DNA of 64,000 nt, taken from a candidate division FCPU426 bacterium (lineage in GTDB: Bacteria; Oederibacteriota; Muellerivitia; Muellerivitales; Muellerivitaceae). Of this stretch, positions 19,036-29,035 are shown in pieces. Below the pieces are notes generated by a model, which saw only the letters and a program-made list of their open reading frames with translations, did no database searches and had not been told where the DNA came from. The translations under genes were made by a program, and so were the position numbers. Location of the stretch: assembly GCA_963738405.1 (NCBI GenBank), contig CAVTWJ010000023.1:192001-256000 (forward strand). Direction: 5' to 3'. Positions within the stretch are counted from its first letter, which is position 1. The number at the start of each line of letters is the position of its first letter.

Positions 19036-19917
19036 TCAGCTTTTGGGATTGGCCTTGAGAGGCCTTCTAAGTCGACCCAAGCCCTTTTTGGTGAAAAACT
19101 TGATGATTCCCCAGAAGAGATAAATGGTTAATAGGGCAAAAGCCGAAAATTCAAAAGCGTTCACCAAGGCGATCAAAACCAGGCCGATAAAGGCCAGGGT
19201 CCAGGGCTTGATGAATTCCCGATTCAGCTTTTTTAAGGAGGGAAAGGGGATGGTGGAAACCATGACCAGGGCAATGACCACCGTCAGGACGGGCACCCAG
19301 AGCTGGATGGCGTTCAGGTTTTCCTCGTACCATCCCATGACCTTGTTCAAGACGATGCCCTTGTCGTAGAAACCGCTCCACCGGGATAGCAGGACATAGC
19401 TGGTCAGGATGCCCGCGGCAGCGGGGCTGGGCAGGCCCATGAAAGAGGTCTTTTCCTCGACCTGGGCCTGGACATTGAAACGGGCCAGGCGGATGGCGGC
19501 GCACACCACGTAAAGGAAGGTGATGGACAGCCCCCACCCGCCCATATAGCGCAATACCGTCAGGTAAATCAAAATGGCGGGCGCCATGCCGAAACTGACC
19601 AGGTCGGACAGGCTGTCGAATTCCTGGCCGAATTTGGAGGTGGTGTGGGTGGCGCGGGCCACCATGCCGTCAAACAGATCCATGAAGGCGGCGATCACGA
19701 TCAGCCGGGCCGGCCAGACGAAGGGGATCGTATTGTTTTCCGGGAACAGGGATAGTGTCAGCGAGTCGTTGATGGCCCAGGTGATAGACCAGATGCCCAG
19801 CACCATATTGGCTGCGGTGAACATATTGGGCAACAGATAGATGGTTTTGCGCAGGCGGGAGCCTACCGGTTTTTCCGGGGCCTCATCGATGGTTGTTTTT
19901 TTTCTTTGCGCCGCCAT
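19036..19917 (-). CDS. pssA: CDP-diacylglycerol--serine O-phosphatidyltransferase
   Basis: LLPNMFT, DLFDGMVAR...FGQEFDSLSDLVSFG, RLARFN, GLPSPAAA. Confidence 0.92.
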   Translation of the reverse strand: MAAQRKKTTIDEAPEKPVGSRLRKTIYLLPNMFTAANMVLGIWSITWAINDSLTLSLFPENNTIPFVWPARLIVIAAFMDLFDGMVARATHTTSKFGQEFDSLSDLVSFGMAPAILIYLTVLRYMGGWGLSITFLYVVCAAIRLARFNVQAQVEEKTSFMGLPSPAAAGILTSYVLLSRWSGFYDKGIVLNKVMGWYEENLNAIQLWVPVLTVVIALVMVSTIPFPSLKKLNREFIKPWTLAFIGLVLIALVNAFEFSAFALLTIYLFWGIIKFFTKKGLGRLRRPLKANPKS

Positions 19918-20595
19918 TTAAAACTCTCCTAAAACCGTCACTCCAGCCCTTACCTGGTCTCCCAGTTTCACCGAGGGCTTGAAATCCTTGGGTAGAAACA
20001 AGTCCACCCGGGACCCCAGCAAAATCCTGCCAAAACGCTCTCCCCGGGCCAAAACCTCTCCCGGTTTCGGATCGGTTTTTACCCGCCGGCACAACAGCCC
20101 CGCAATCTGTTTGAGGACAATTTTTCCGGGCGATTTAAACCCCTTAACGCCCTTGAGTTCCACCACCAGGTGGCACTGCTCGTTCACCAGGTCGGCCTTG
20201 TCGTCATAGGCGGCCAAAAACTCGCCGGGGTGATAGTCCTTTTTGACAACCTTTCCATCAAAAGGCATCCGCTGGACGTGGTTGTTGAGCGGGTTCATGA
20301 AGATGGCGATATGGACCGCCTTTTTTTTCAGGTGGAACTTTTCCACCGCCTCGGCCAGCACGACCACCTTGCCGTCGGCCGGGCTGATGACTTCCTTGGG
20401 TTTTAAGGGTCGGCCCGGTTTGCGCTCGAAATCCCTGAAGAAATTCAGCATCAACAGGGCAAGGGCCAAAAGCACCGCCCCCGCGAAATCCAGCCAGGGA
20501 TTTCGCGTGCCCAACCCCCAGCCCAGCAGGGCCGAGCCAGGGATTAGGGCGGGAAGGACCATGGTCCAGGTTTCCGGCATAAACGGCAGTCTCAC
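19918..20595 (-). CDS. psd: phosphatidylserine decarboxylase proenzyme
   Basis: FFRD, SPADGKV, IFMNPLNNH, QIAG, LGSRVD self-cleavage site. Confidence 0.92.
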   Translation of the reverse strand: MRLPFMPETWTMVLPALIPGSALLGWGLGTRNPWLDFAGAVLLALALLMLNFFRDFERKPGRPLKPKEVISPADGKVVVLAEAVEKFHLKKKAVHIAIFMNPLNNHVQRMPFDGKVVKKDYHPGEFLAAYDDKADLVNEQCHLVVELKGVKGFKSPGKIVLKQIAGLLCRRVKTDPKPGEVLARGERFGRILLGSRVDLFLPKDFKPSVKLGDQVRAGVTVLGEF

Positions 20596-20641
20596 CCCAG
20601 CCTCCCCCGCCGGGTCCCGAAGGCCGGCTTTAATGCCAAAT

Positions 20642-21631
20642 TTATTTCTTCATCCAGCTGAACATGCTGCGCACCTGGGTTCCCACCTTCTCGATCATGT
20701 GCTGGGAATCGTTACGCAAGAGCGAGTTGTAAACGGGCCGGTTGGCCTGGTTTTCCAGCACGAATTCCCGGGCGAAGGAGCCGGATTGGATTTCCGCCAA
20801 TATGCGCTGCATCTCGTGACGGGTGTTGTCGTTGATGATGCGGCGGCCCCGGGTGATATCGCCGTACTTGGCGGTGGTGGAGATGGCGTCCCTCATGCCG
20901 GTGATTCCCTTTTCGTAGATCAGATCCACGATCAGTTTCACCTCGTGCAGGCACTCGAAATAGGCCACTTCCGGCTGGTAGCCGGCGGAAACCAAGGTCT
21001 CAAAACCCGAACGGATCAGTTCGGACAGGCCGCCACAGAGGACCACCTGTTCGCCAAAAAGATCGGTTTCGGTTTCTTCTTTAAAGGTGGTTTCCAAGAC
21101 TCCGGCGCGGGTGGCGCCGATGGCCTTGCCGTAGGCCAGGGCCAGCTTCAAGGCGTTGCCCGTGGCGTTCTGGTGGATGGCCACCAGGGCGGGAACTCCC
21201 TTGCCGTCCACATAGGTGGTACGCACCAAGTGGCCGGGGCCTTTGGGCGCGATCATGAAGACGTCGATATCGGCGGGCGGCACGATCTGGCCGAAATGGA
21301 TGTTGAACCCGTGGGAAAACATGATGGCCTTGCCGGCTTTTAATCCCGGCAGGACGTCATTTTTATAAAGGGACCCTTGCAGGTCATCCTGAATGAGGAT
21401 CTGGATGATGTCGGCCTTGGCCGCCGCTTCCTTGGCGTCGTAAGCCTCGAACCCATCCGCCTTGGCCTGGGCCTTGGTCTTTTCGGAACGGGCGCCGATG
21501 ATGACCTTGATACCCGAATCCTTCAGGTTCAGGGCCTGGTTGCGTCCCTGGTTTCCGAAGCCAATGACCGCGATGGTCTTTCCCTTCAGCGCGTTTAAAT
21601 CCGCATCTTGTTCATAATAGATTTTCGCCAT
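20642..21631 (-). CDS. ilvC: ketol-acid reductoisomerase
   Basis: [39 protein letters not shown]. Confidence 0.97.
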   Translation of the reverse strand: MAKIYYEQDADLNALKGKTIAVIGFGNQGRNQALNLKDSGIKVIIGARSEKTKAQAKADGFEAYDAKEAAAKADIIQILIQDDLQGSLYKNDVLPGLKAGKAIMFSHGFNIHFGQIVPPADIDVFMIAPKGPGHLVRTTYVDGKGVPALVAIHQNATGNALKLALAYGKAIGATRAGVLETTFKEETETDLFGEQVVLCGGLSELIRSGFETLVSAGYQPEVAYFECLHEVKLIVDLIYEKGITGMRDAISTTAKYGDITRGRRIINDNTRHEMQRILAEIQSGSFAREFVLENQANRPVYNSLLRNDSQHMIEKVGTQVRSMFSWMKK

Positions 21632-21663
21632 TTGCCGCTCCTTGGTTTTCTTGAATTAAAAGA

Positions 21664-22206
21664 CTAAAGGTTGGATTGCCCGGCCTTGCCGGCCTTGACC
21701 TTGACCTGCTTTTCTTCTTCCTCATGCACCTTCTTGCCCCGGGAAATAGCCACTTCCCCGGTGCGGACCATCTCGATGATGCCGTAATTCTTCAGGAGCT
21801 CGATCATGCCGTTGATCTTGCTCTCCTTGCCCGTGACCTCGACGATGAAGCTTTTCAGGGCCACGTCCACGATTTTCCCGTCGAAACACCGGACGATTTC
21901 CATGACCTCGCTTCGGGTATGGGTCTCGGCCTTGACCTTGATGAGGGCCAGGTCCCGGGAAATGAAATCATCCTGGGTCAGGTCGACCACCTTGATGGTA
22001 TCCACCAGCTTGTTGAGCTGTTTTTCAACCTGGTCAATCACCCGGTCGTCGCCCCGGACCACGATGGTCATGCGGGAAACCTTTGGGTTGTCCGTCACGC
22101 CGACCACCAGGCTGTCGATGTTGTAGCCCCTTGCGGAAAAAAGATTGGAAACACGGGACAGGACGCCGCTGTGGTTATTCACCAAAACAGATATGGTGTG
22201 CCTCAT
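21664..22206 (-). CDS. ilvN: acetolactate synthase small subunit
   Basis: ACT domain HTISVLVNNHSGVLSRVSNLFSARGYNIDSL, KQLNKL. Confidence 0.95.
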   Translation of the reverse strand: MRHTISVLVNNHSGVLSRVSNLFSARGYNIDSLVVGVTDNPKVSRMTIVVRGDDRVIDQVEKQLNKLVDTIKVVDLTQDDFISRDLALIKVKAETHTRSEVMEIVRCFDGKIVDVALKSFIVEVTGKESKINGMIELLKNYGIIEMVRTGEVAISRGKKVHEEEEKQVKVKAGKAGQSNL

Positions 22207-23969
22207 TTGCCCCCTCCCTTGGGCCGAGCAACCTTGGCCTTGATTTCCGCCATGACCCTTGCCCGGTCTTCCTCTTTGGACAAAACCATGTCCTTGGTCG
22301 AACCGCCCGCGGGCACCATGGGATAGACGTGTTCCTCCGGATCAACCATCAGGTCGACAATACAGGGCTCCTTGCTTTTAAAAACTTCTTCCAAGGTCTT
22401 CGTGGCGTCTTTGGGCGTTTCGGCCCGGTAGCCTTTGATGCCATAAGCTTCGGCCAGCTTGACGAAGTCGGGTTGGGCTGGAATGGAGGTAGCGGCGTAG
22501 CGCTTGTCAAAGAAAAGATCCTGCCATTGCTTGACCATTCCCAAAAATTTGTTGTTCAGAATGATGACCTTGACGTTCAAGTTGTGCTGCTTCACCACCG
22601 CCAATTCCTGAAGGGTCATCTGGAAGCTGCCGTCGCCCGCGATGTCGATCACCGTCGAATCGGGATAGGCAAATGCGGCGCCAATGGCCGCCGGAAAACC
22701 AAAGCCCATGGTCCCCAACCCGCCCGAGGTAATCCAACACCGGGGTTTGTTGAACCGGTAATATTGGGCCGCCCACATTTGGTGCTGACCCACTTCGGTG
22801 GTGATGATGGCGTCGCCCTTGGTCAAACGGTAGATTTCGTCCACCGCGAACTGGGGCAGGATGGGCCCATTCGGATCCTGTTTGAAGGCGAGAGGATGTT
22901 TCTGGTGCCAGGCGTCCAACTGATCGTACCACTCGTCGTAATCGTGGGAACCCGCCGTCTTGGTCAGGGACTCCAAAATAGTCCTCATATCGCCCAGGAC
23001 ATGGGCGTCCACCTTGACGTTCTTGCCGATGGAGGTCGGGTCCACGTCGATGTGGATTTTCTTGGACAGAGGGGAAAATTCGGAAAGTTTCCCCGTCACC
23101 CGATCGTCGAACCGACTGCCGACCGCGATCAAGAGGTCGCAATGGGTCAGGGCCATGTTGGCCCGGTAGGACCCATGCATGCCCAACATGTCGATGAACT
23201 GACGGTCATTAGCCGGATAGGCCCCCAGGCCCATCAAGGTTAGAGTGACCGGAATGTTCGTCTTTCGGGCAAATTTATACAAAGCCTCGGAGGCTCCGGC
23301 GTTGATGACCCCGCCGCCCGCGTAAATTAAGGGGCGCTTGGCATGGCGCAGCAACTCGGCCATTTTATCCACCTGCGAGAAATCGATGGAAGGAACGAAT
23401 TTCGACGGGGAGATGGATGAATGCTTAGGGTAAGGCACTTCCGCCGAGGAGGCCGCGATATCCTTGGGGATATCGACCAGCACCGGACCCGGCCTGCCGG
23501 AACGCGCGATAAAAAAGGCGTCCCTCAAAATTTGGGGCAGTTCTTGGATGTTTTTCACCAAATAATTATGCTTGGTGCAGGAACGGGTGATACCCACCAC
23601 ATCGGCTTCCTGGAAGGCGTCGGTTCCAATTAAGGCCGAGGGAACTTGACCCGTGATGGCAACGAGTGGGACGGAGTCCATATAGGCATCGGTCAACCCG
23701 GTGACCAGGTTCGTAGCGCCGGGGCCTGATGTGGCGATGCAAACCCCCACTTTTCCCGTGGCCTTGGCGTAGCCCTCGGCCATGTGGATGGCACCCTGCT
23801 CATGGCGCGTATCAACAAGACGAATGCGGTCGCTATTTTGGTAAAGGGCGTCAAAAATGGGGAGAGCGGCCCCGCCGGTTAGACCCCAGAGAATTTCCAC
23901 GCCCTCGTCCACCAGCATATCCACAACCATTTGGGCACCGGTTTTGAGCTTGGGATTGTGCTTTTTCAT
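22203..23969 (-). CDS. ilvB: acetolactate synthase large subunit
   Basis: RHEQGA, TSGPGATN, RFDDRVTG, GGLGTMG, GDGSFQM ThDP motif. Confidence 0.96.
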   Translation of the reverse strand: MKKHNPKLKTGAQMVVDMLVDEGVEILWGLTGGAALPIFDALYQNSDRIRLVDTRHEQGAIHMAEGYAKATGKVGVCIATSGPGATNLVTGLTDAYMDSVPLVAITGQVPSALIGTDAFQEADVVGITRSCTKHNYLVKNIQELPQILRDAFFIARSGRPGPVLVDIPKDIAASSAEVPYPKHSSISPSKFVPSIDFSQVDKMAELLRHAKRPLIYAGGGVINAGASEALYKFARKTNIPVTLTLMGLGAYPANDRQFIDMLGMHGSYRANMALTHCDLLIAVGSRFDDRVTGKLSEFSPLSKKIHIDVDPTSIGKNVKVDAHVLGDMRTILESLTKTAGSHDYDEWYDQLDAWHQKHPLAFKQDPNGPILPQFAVDEIYRLTKGDAIITTEVGQHQMWAAQYYRFNKPRCWITSGGLGTMGFGFPAAIGAAFAYPDSTVIDIAGDGSFQMTLQELAVVKQHNLNVKVIILNNKFLGMVKQWQDLFFDKRYAATSIPAQPDFVKLAEAYGIKGYRAETPKDATKTLEEVFKSKEPCIVDLMVDPEEHVYPMVPAGGSTKDMVLSKEEDRARVMAEIKAKVARPKGGGK

Positions 23970-24141
23970 TTTTTCTCCTCCATGGGCTTCCCCCGCCTGG
24001 GGGAAAGCGCTAGATTTTACAATAATTCACCTGTTCAGGTGATAAATAGTGGTTAAAAACCCCACAAAACAAACGACTTTTAGGGTTTGACCCTTCTGGA
24101 ACCAGGCTTTAGAGAACCGTTGGGAGGGGAATACTGGGCTC

Positions 24142-24182
24142 AAAAAAAAAGCCGCAGAACCCCTGGCGGGGCTCCGCGGCTT
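24142..24182 (-). terminator. attenuator terminator of the ilv leader
   Basis: Minus strand GCCGCGGAGCCCC-GCCA-GGGGTTCTGCGGC followed by U9, just downstream of the leader peptide. Confidence 0.9.
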
Positions 24183-24193
24183 GGTAGCCGTCT

Positions 24194-24271
24194 TTAGGAG
24201 CGAACCGCCTCCGGACGCAATACGAGTACCAGTACCAAAAGCACTAAGGTGATTGCGATTCCGAAGGTCAT
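24194..24271 (-). CDS. ilv operon leader peptide MTFGIAITLVLLVLVLVLRPEAVRS
   Basis: AAGGAG SD, ATG at 24271, TAA at 24194; 10 consecutive Leu/Val codons plus 2 Ile; terminator follows. Confidence 0.85.
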   Translation of the reverse strand: MTFGIAITLVLLVLVLVLRPEAVRS

Positions 24272-24298
24272 GAAAAGCTCCTTGTTTTCTGTGGGTGA

Positions 24299-24327
24299 AA
24301 TATACCCTTCTTGCTTTTGACTGTCAA
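24299..24327 (-). promoter_or_regulatory. sigma70-type promoter of the ilv leader
   Basis: TTGACA-17 nt-TATATT on the minus strand. Confidence 0.75.
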
Positions 24328-24445
24328 GGGAGGCGCCCTATCGATTGATTTTACATGGTCATTTTCGACAAATTGATACTTCAACACTGGTTGAAATGGG
24401 AGCCATTGCTACCGAACCCAGTTTTTACCAAGTCCCGATGTCTCT

Positions 24446-25162
24446 TTATGAAGACGCGATCCATTGAAGAATAATAAAAATAATCACGGCCACAATAACC
24501 CAAACAAGCCCATAACTCCGGATATCTTCCCATTGAATGAGCCCCTCCCTCCGGTTGAGGGAACGTTTGAAGCGGCCCAGAAAAAACAGGGCCAAAGGCA
24601 CCAAAACAATCAAGGCAAGAGCGGCCACGGCTACATCGTTTTGAAGGTCGGGATTCTTGACCATCCGCAAGGCCAGGAAAACCGCCACCAATGTCAAAAG
24701 AGTATGAAACATCCAAAAAAGCACATACTTAAATAACGCGGGGGGGATTTGAAAAAAACTTAAGGAAGGATGACTCAATTTCATGGCGTCCGAATGGATA
24801 TCCCGCGGAAGGCGCGTCCCGCAGCGGACGCAAAAACGCAGACTTTTCCCGTGGACGAACCAGCTTTGCTGAGCGATGAAATGCTTGTGGGGACAGGATT
24901 CCACAATCCACGAAATCGAGATGGCGAACCAAGCGCAAAGCACCACCTGCAGTAATAACCCCAAATATAGGAAACGATATTCAAAATTTCCCGTCACAAA
25001 GCTCAAGAATATATTTAGGAAAAAAAACCAAAACCAAGGTTCCAGAGTTCTTGTGATCTTAACATCCTCCGAGACCTCAACAAAATAACGCCATCCCTTT
25101 CCCATGACCCATAAAACCAAAACTAGAACCAAAAAATTTTCCCAAATCATACTTTTCTCCAA
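24446..25162 (-). CDS. hypothetical membrane protein with internal Cys/His (Zn-ribbon-like) loop
   Basis: About six TM segments flanking CPHKH...CVRCG. Confidence 0.6.
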   Translation of the reverse strand: MEKSMIWENFLVLVLVLWVMGKGWRYFVEVSEDVKITRTLEPWFWFFFLNIFLSFVTGNFEYRFLYLGLLLQVVLCAWFAISISWIVESCPHKHFIAQQSWFVHGKSLRFCVRCGTRLPRDIHSDAMKLSHPSLSFFQIPPALFKYVLFWMFHTLLTLVAVFLALRMVKNPDLQNDVAVAALALIVLVPLALFFLGRFKRSLNRREGLIQWEDIRSYGLVWVIVAVIIFIILQWIASS

Positions 25163-25282
25163 AAATGAATCGGTTTTAAATTTTAAATACCTTTAAAGAA
25201 TAGAACACGGAACATTCATCAGCATCCTATTTTTTTCAAAATAATGGTCGATTTCGATCCTGTTTTTTTCTTGGATTCTTCA

Positions 25283-25996
25283 CTAGGAACGCAAAAGGGT
25301 AAAAGCTAAACCCAATAAAAGAGCCATCAACCAAATGGAAAAAAACCACCTCGCGGCCCTCGAAAAGTTTTCGATCTTCCAACCCGACAATTTTCTGAGG
25401 TGGAGAACTAAAAGGTAATTCAAAAAACACAGAAAATAAGCACCCAAGGCTAGGGGTATCCTTGGCCCTACGAACCTGACGGTTTGATACAAAAGGAGGC
25501 ACGAAAGGCCAAAATAAAAACCCATCCATCCCCAAACCCCCTGGCTCACCCAGGGTTGCTCCTGCCTTTTTTCGGCTATTTTGTTGTCGGCATCCCAATT
25601 GAAAATTTCAAGAAAATGGAAATAGAGCCGGATCCAAAGGGCTCCAAGAATCAAAACTACCAGGAATGAGATAGATTGGGCTTCTTGAAAAAGGGCTGTA
25701 GCCGTATCAATCCACAAAAAGAAAAAGGTCAAGGTCCAAAGGTTTCCAATCACTCCCGGCGGAAGGCTTGGAGTCCATACAACCATGAGTGTTCCAAGGG
25801 CCGAGATGAGAAGAGCGGAAAAGGCGATTAAACCCCTAATCCAAGAGGCCATCGAAAGATCGGCCCATTCGTTGAGCGCTAACAAACCATGGGTTTCTTC
25901 AAATAATGGAATATTGATAATAAATAAGAAATAAATGGAAGCGGAGAGGACAAAATAAAGGAAAACTTGAATGGCCATGCCCCATTTAACAGCCAC
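25283..25996 (-). CDS. hypothetical multi-pass membrane protein
   Basis: About seven hydrophobic segments; GTG start with GGAAGG upstream. Confidence 0.6.
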   Translation of the reverse strand: MAVKWGMAIQVFLYFVLSASIYFLFIINIPLFEETHGLLALNEWADLSMASWIRGLIAFSALLISALGTLMVVWTPSLPPGVIGNLWTLTFFFLWIDTATALFQEAQSISFLVVLILGALWIRLYFHFLEIFNWDADNKIAEKRQEQPWVSQGVWGWMGFYFGLSCLLLYQTVRFVGPRIPLALGAYFLCFLNYLLVLHLRKLSGWKIENFSRAARWFFSIWLMALLLGLAFTLLRS

Positions 25997-26304
25997 GCTG
26001 ACCTTCCTTGTTAGTTATCCAAAAAAACGGCTTATCTTCTAGGAATTAAGATGGAAGGACATTAAAGACTTTATAACCAATTTTATATAGCTTTTTCACA
26101 ACAGTGATTTGCCACATAAATTACATTTTATTAATGTGCTAATTTTATAGTTGTCTTGTTTCTTTTGTGATTTACCAATTAATAACGTTTATATGTCATT
26201 GAAACTAAATATAACATAATATATCATAACATTGCTTAGTTTATGAGTCTAATTGGTTTAACAAATCTATAATTCAACGTGCAAAACCCTTCTAGGAGGA
26301 AGTC

Positions 26305-26766
26305 ATGAAGCAGAAATGGTCCAAAGAAAAGATCGTGGAAACCATTAAGGATTTACAACGCCAATCCATCGATATCTCTGCCAGCAATATATCAAAGAAT
26401 TTCATCCCTCTTTTCACGGCCGCTTGTTCAAGGCGTTATTTTTCTAGTTGGTCCAATGCGGTAAAAGCCGCCGGCATTGACTATGACCAAATTCTGGATG
26501 CGGGCAAGGCCAGGCGCCGTGAAAAGCTTACCAAATGGTCCAAAGATGAGGTATTGGAACAGGTTAGGCTCGCTGAATCAAAAAACCTCCTGACAACCTA
26601 CAGGGACCGTCTTGCCCTTTACTCGGCGGCCCGCCGGGAGTTTGGAAGTTGGAAACAGGCGCTTGAGGCAGCCGGATACCGTTTGACCAAGGGTGCCCAT
26701 AAGAATTCCAATCAGATATTCAAGAAGGAAGAAACGGTCGCGAAAACCCCAACGACAACCGTCTAA
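26305..26766 (+). CDS. two-repeat protein resembling the homing-endonuclease-associated repeat
   Basis: AGGAGG SD; two copies of KWSK(E/D)...L(F/Y)xAA..R.F.SW..A..AAG. Confidence 0.75.
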   Translation: MKQKWSKEKIVETIKDLQRQSIDISASNISKNFIPLFTAACSRRYFSSWSNAVKAAGIDYDQILDAGKARRREKLTKWSKDEVLEQVRLAESKNLLTTYRDRLALYSAARREFGSWKQALEAAGYRLTKGAHKNSNQIFKKEETVAKTPTTTV

Positions 26767-26792
26767 TCACCCGATTGATCAGGAGCCAGCTG

Positions 26793-28304
26793 TCAGTAAA
26801 TAATCGCCAACTTTTTCATGACAGTCTGGCTCCCTGTGGTGATGCTGTAAATATAAAGACCGCTTGCTAGACGAACGCCTCCCTGATTTACCCCATTCCA
26901 TGAAAATTGATTGTTTCCTGTTTTCGTTTGGTCGCTTCCAAAAGTCTCGGAAAATACGAGTGTGCCGGAAATATCAAATATCTTCATGCCCACATTTTGG
27001 GGATTCGACAGGTTGAATGAAAAGGTGAGATGCCCATCGTGGCTGGGGTTAGGAAAACAAAAAGTGGTTCTTTCACTAAATTGATTGTTCTCCGCAGAAA
27101 GGACTGTGGGAGTTGGGGAGAGGGATGTACCAAGCGCTTGAGGCAATATTTTAATCGAGTTGGAGCGCATGTGAGTCGTCACCAAATCTAATTTACCCGT
27201 TCCTCGGGTATCTAGAGCGGCCACTTCCACCGGGCCGTAGCTTGAATCCGGGTCGAATGCCACCTTCAAACTTTGTAAGGGTTGGAACAAATTACCGGTC
27301 CATTGATAAAGATCCAAAAGGTCCGAATCCCGGTTGGCGACAACGATGACCGGAACCCCTGTGTTATCCAAATCGGCAACCGTCAAACCATTGGGGTGGT
27401 TCCCATTCGTGGCAAGCGGGGCTTGAAGGGCTAATGAGCCGTCTTTTTGTTGAAGATAAACCCATAGAATATTTTTAGTGAAATCAATCGCGGCTATGTC
27501 CGCTTTTCCATCACGGTTCAGGTCGGTTATTCGTAGATCCGAAAGATCTGATCCTGGGGCCGGAATCAGATACTGAGAAATCGAATAGGCGGAAAGATCA
27601 TTGGGAGTGCTGGAAGACGGGCTTAAAACCACCAATTGCCCAGTCCCTAAACAGGCCGCCACAATCTCATTAAAGCCATCGCCATGCAGATCGCCCACCG
27701 CCACTTGAGTGGGACCTACGGGAACCGCGAAATCATATCGAGTACCAAACTTTCCATTCTTAATCTCATAAACTGATATTTGATTGTTTCCGTAATCCGC
27801 GACTGCCACAAAGGGAATGCCTCCTGCCCGGGTAATGCCGTAACAAACCCCGACTGGTTGATTGAGCGTCGATGTTTCATCAAGTTTTTTAAATTGTGAG
27901 CCATTCCAATGAAATAACTGCAAAAGCTTGGAGTCGTAACACGAAACCAAAAGATCCTCTTTCCCGAAACCATCGGGTACCGCAGCTAAGCTCCGGGGGC
28001 TCCACCCGACAGGAATTTCGCTGATGAGAGCTAATCCCGATGGATTGGGCATAAACACCTGAACGGTGGACTTTTGATTGACGAGAACGCTCTGGGATGT
28101 GGACTGGCCAATAAAAGTAGGAGACCCAAAGTTAGCCACCGCTAGACAAGCTTGGGAGTTGTCGGTGAAATGGCCAACAATCAAACCTCTGGGAGAAGAA
28201 CCAACTAAAATGGAAACCGGATTCTGGAATGAAATAGAAGCTCCGATTCCTACCATTGGAATCAAGATTACTATTGAAACAATCATTAATCGAATGGGGC
28301 TCAT
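26793..28304 (-). CDS. exported FG-GAP/VCBS repeat protein with C-terminal FlgD-Ig/T9SS-CTD-like domain
   Basis: Signal peptide; GDLHGDG, DLNRDGKADI, ADLDNTG repeats; FPNPS...IFDISG...WNGVNQGGVRLASGLY. Confidence 0.8.
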   Translation of the reverse strand: MSPIRLMIVSIVILIPMVGIGASISFQNPVSILVGSSPRGLIVGHFTDNSQACLAVANFGSPTFIGQSTSQSVLVNQKSTVQVFMPNPSGLALISEIPVGWSPRSLAAVPDGFGKEDLLVSCYDSKLLQLFHWNGSQFKKLDETSTLNQPVGVCYGITRAGGIPFVAVADYGNNQISVYEIKNGKFGTRYDFAVPVGPTQVAVGDLHGDGFNEIVAACLGTGQLVVLSPSSSTPNDLSAYSISQYLIPAPGSDLSDLRITDLNRDGKADIAAIDFTKNILWVYLQQKDGSLALQAPLATNGNHPNGLTVADLDNTGVPVIVVANRDSDLLDLYQWTGNLFQPLQSLKVAFDPDSSYGPVEVAALDTRGTGKLDLVTTHMRSNSIKILPQALGTSLSPTPTVLSAENNQFSERTTFCFPNPSHDGHLTFSFNLSNPQNVGMKIFDISGTLVFSETFGSDQTKTGNNQFSWNGVNQGGVRLASGLYIYSITTGSQTVMKKLAIIY

Positions 28305-28439
28305 AAGGTCTCCTGGAAAGGAATAAGGTTATTTTACCCCTCAATTTTAATTTTTAGGCTAATGAAACGGAAAGGGTTTAAGACAGGGATTCTTAAATGT
28401 TTAAAGGGAAAGGCGATGGACGGATGTAATTTTAAGAGG

Positions 28440-28961
28440 TTAAAACTTGTAAGCCATTGCCAAAATAGGGTGATCATTTTGGAAGAAAACTTCAGGTTTC
28501 AAGCCGTGTTCATTGTTGTAATCTTGGGCCACAGTAGGCGCATGGGCCATATCAATGATCCAAAGACCACCAAATGCGATGATTCCACCCCATATCAGGT
28601 TGGACCCAATATTATCCGCGTTCGTCGGATCGCCTAACAAACCCCCGGAAAAAGTAGTGGTATCAGACTTGATGAGGGCCCCTAAGCCGACAGAAAGAAC
28701 CGAAAGCACCTCCCCGCCCAACAATACATCCCCGGTGATATTGTCATCCGCATAAAAGTGGCCATAACCATGAATGAGGAGGCCGGGAAAAAAGGCAAGG
28801 AGAAATGCCTTATTCGGATCTTTATAAAAATAATTTTGGTGGTTGGTTTCTAGGCTGCCGGACAACCCAGGATCGGACATTTGGGCTAAAACGATTGCTG
28901 GGAAGGATAGTAAAGCGATTCCTAAAAAGAGAAACATAAAACGCCAAAATTTGTGGGTCAT
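28440..28961 (-). CDS. exported/outer-membrane protein with KDP-x-x-AFLLA-x-x-PG...G-x-GHFY motif
   Basis: Signal peptide, Gly-rich hydrophobic helices, C-terminal AMAYKF. Confidence 0.6.
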   Translation of the reverse strand: MTHKFWRFMFLFLGIALLSFPAIVLAQMSDPGLSGSLETNHQNYFYKDPNKAFLLAFFPGLLIHGYGHFYADDNITGDVLLGGEVLSVLSVGLGALIKSDTTTFSGGLLGDPTNADNIGSNLIWGGIIAFGGLWIIDMAHAPTVAQDYNNEHGLKPEVFFQNDHPILAMAYKF

Positions 28962-29035
28962 AATTTTCTCATTTTACGTTCAGGAATCACCAGGGTCAAA
29001 AGAAAATTCCGGGTCCTTATCGAGTGAAAAGCTTG

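Noticed and set aside
19036..20595. psd-pssA inside the ilv/leu operon as a novelty
   Set aside because: The ilvC-psd-pssA-leuA order is known from other Gram-negative lineages
20243..23243. Long plus-strand ORFs (366 aa, 386 aa and others) opposite ilvC and ilvB
   Set aside because: Antisense shadows of GC-rich, codon-biased genes; no recognisable motifs
25997..26304. Replication origin in the AT-rich spacer
   Set aside because: Only one near-match DnaA box (TTATCCAAA) and no dnaA/dnaN context
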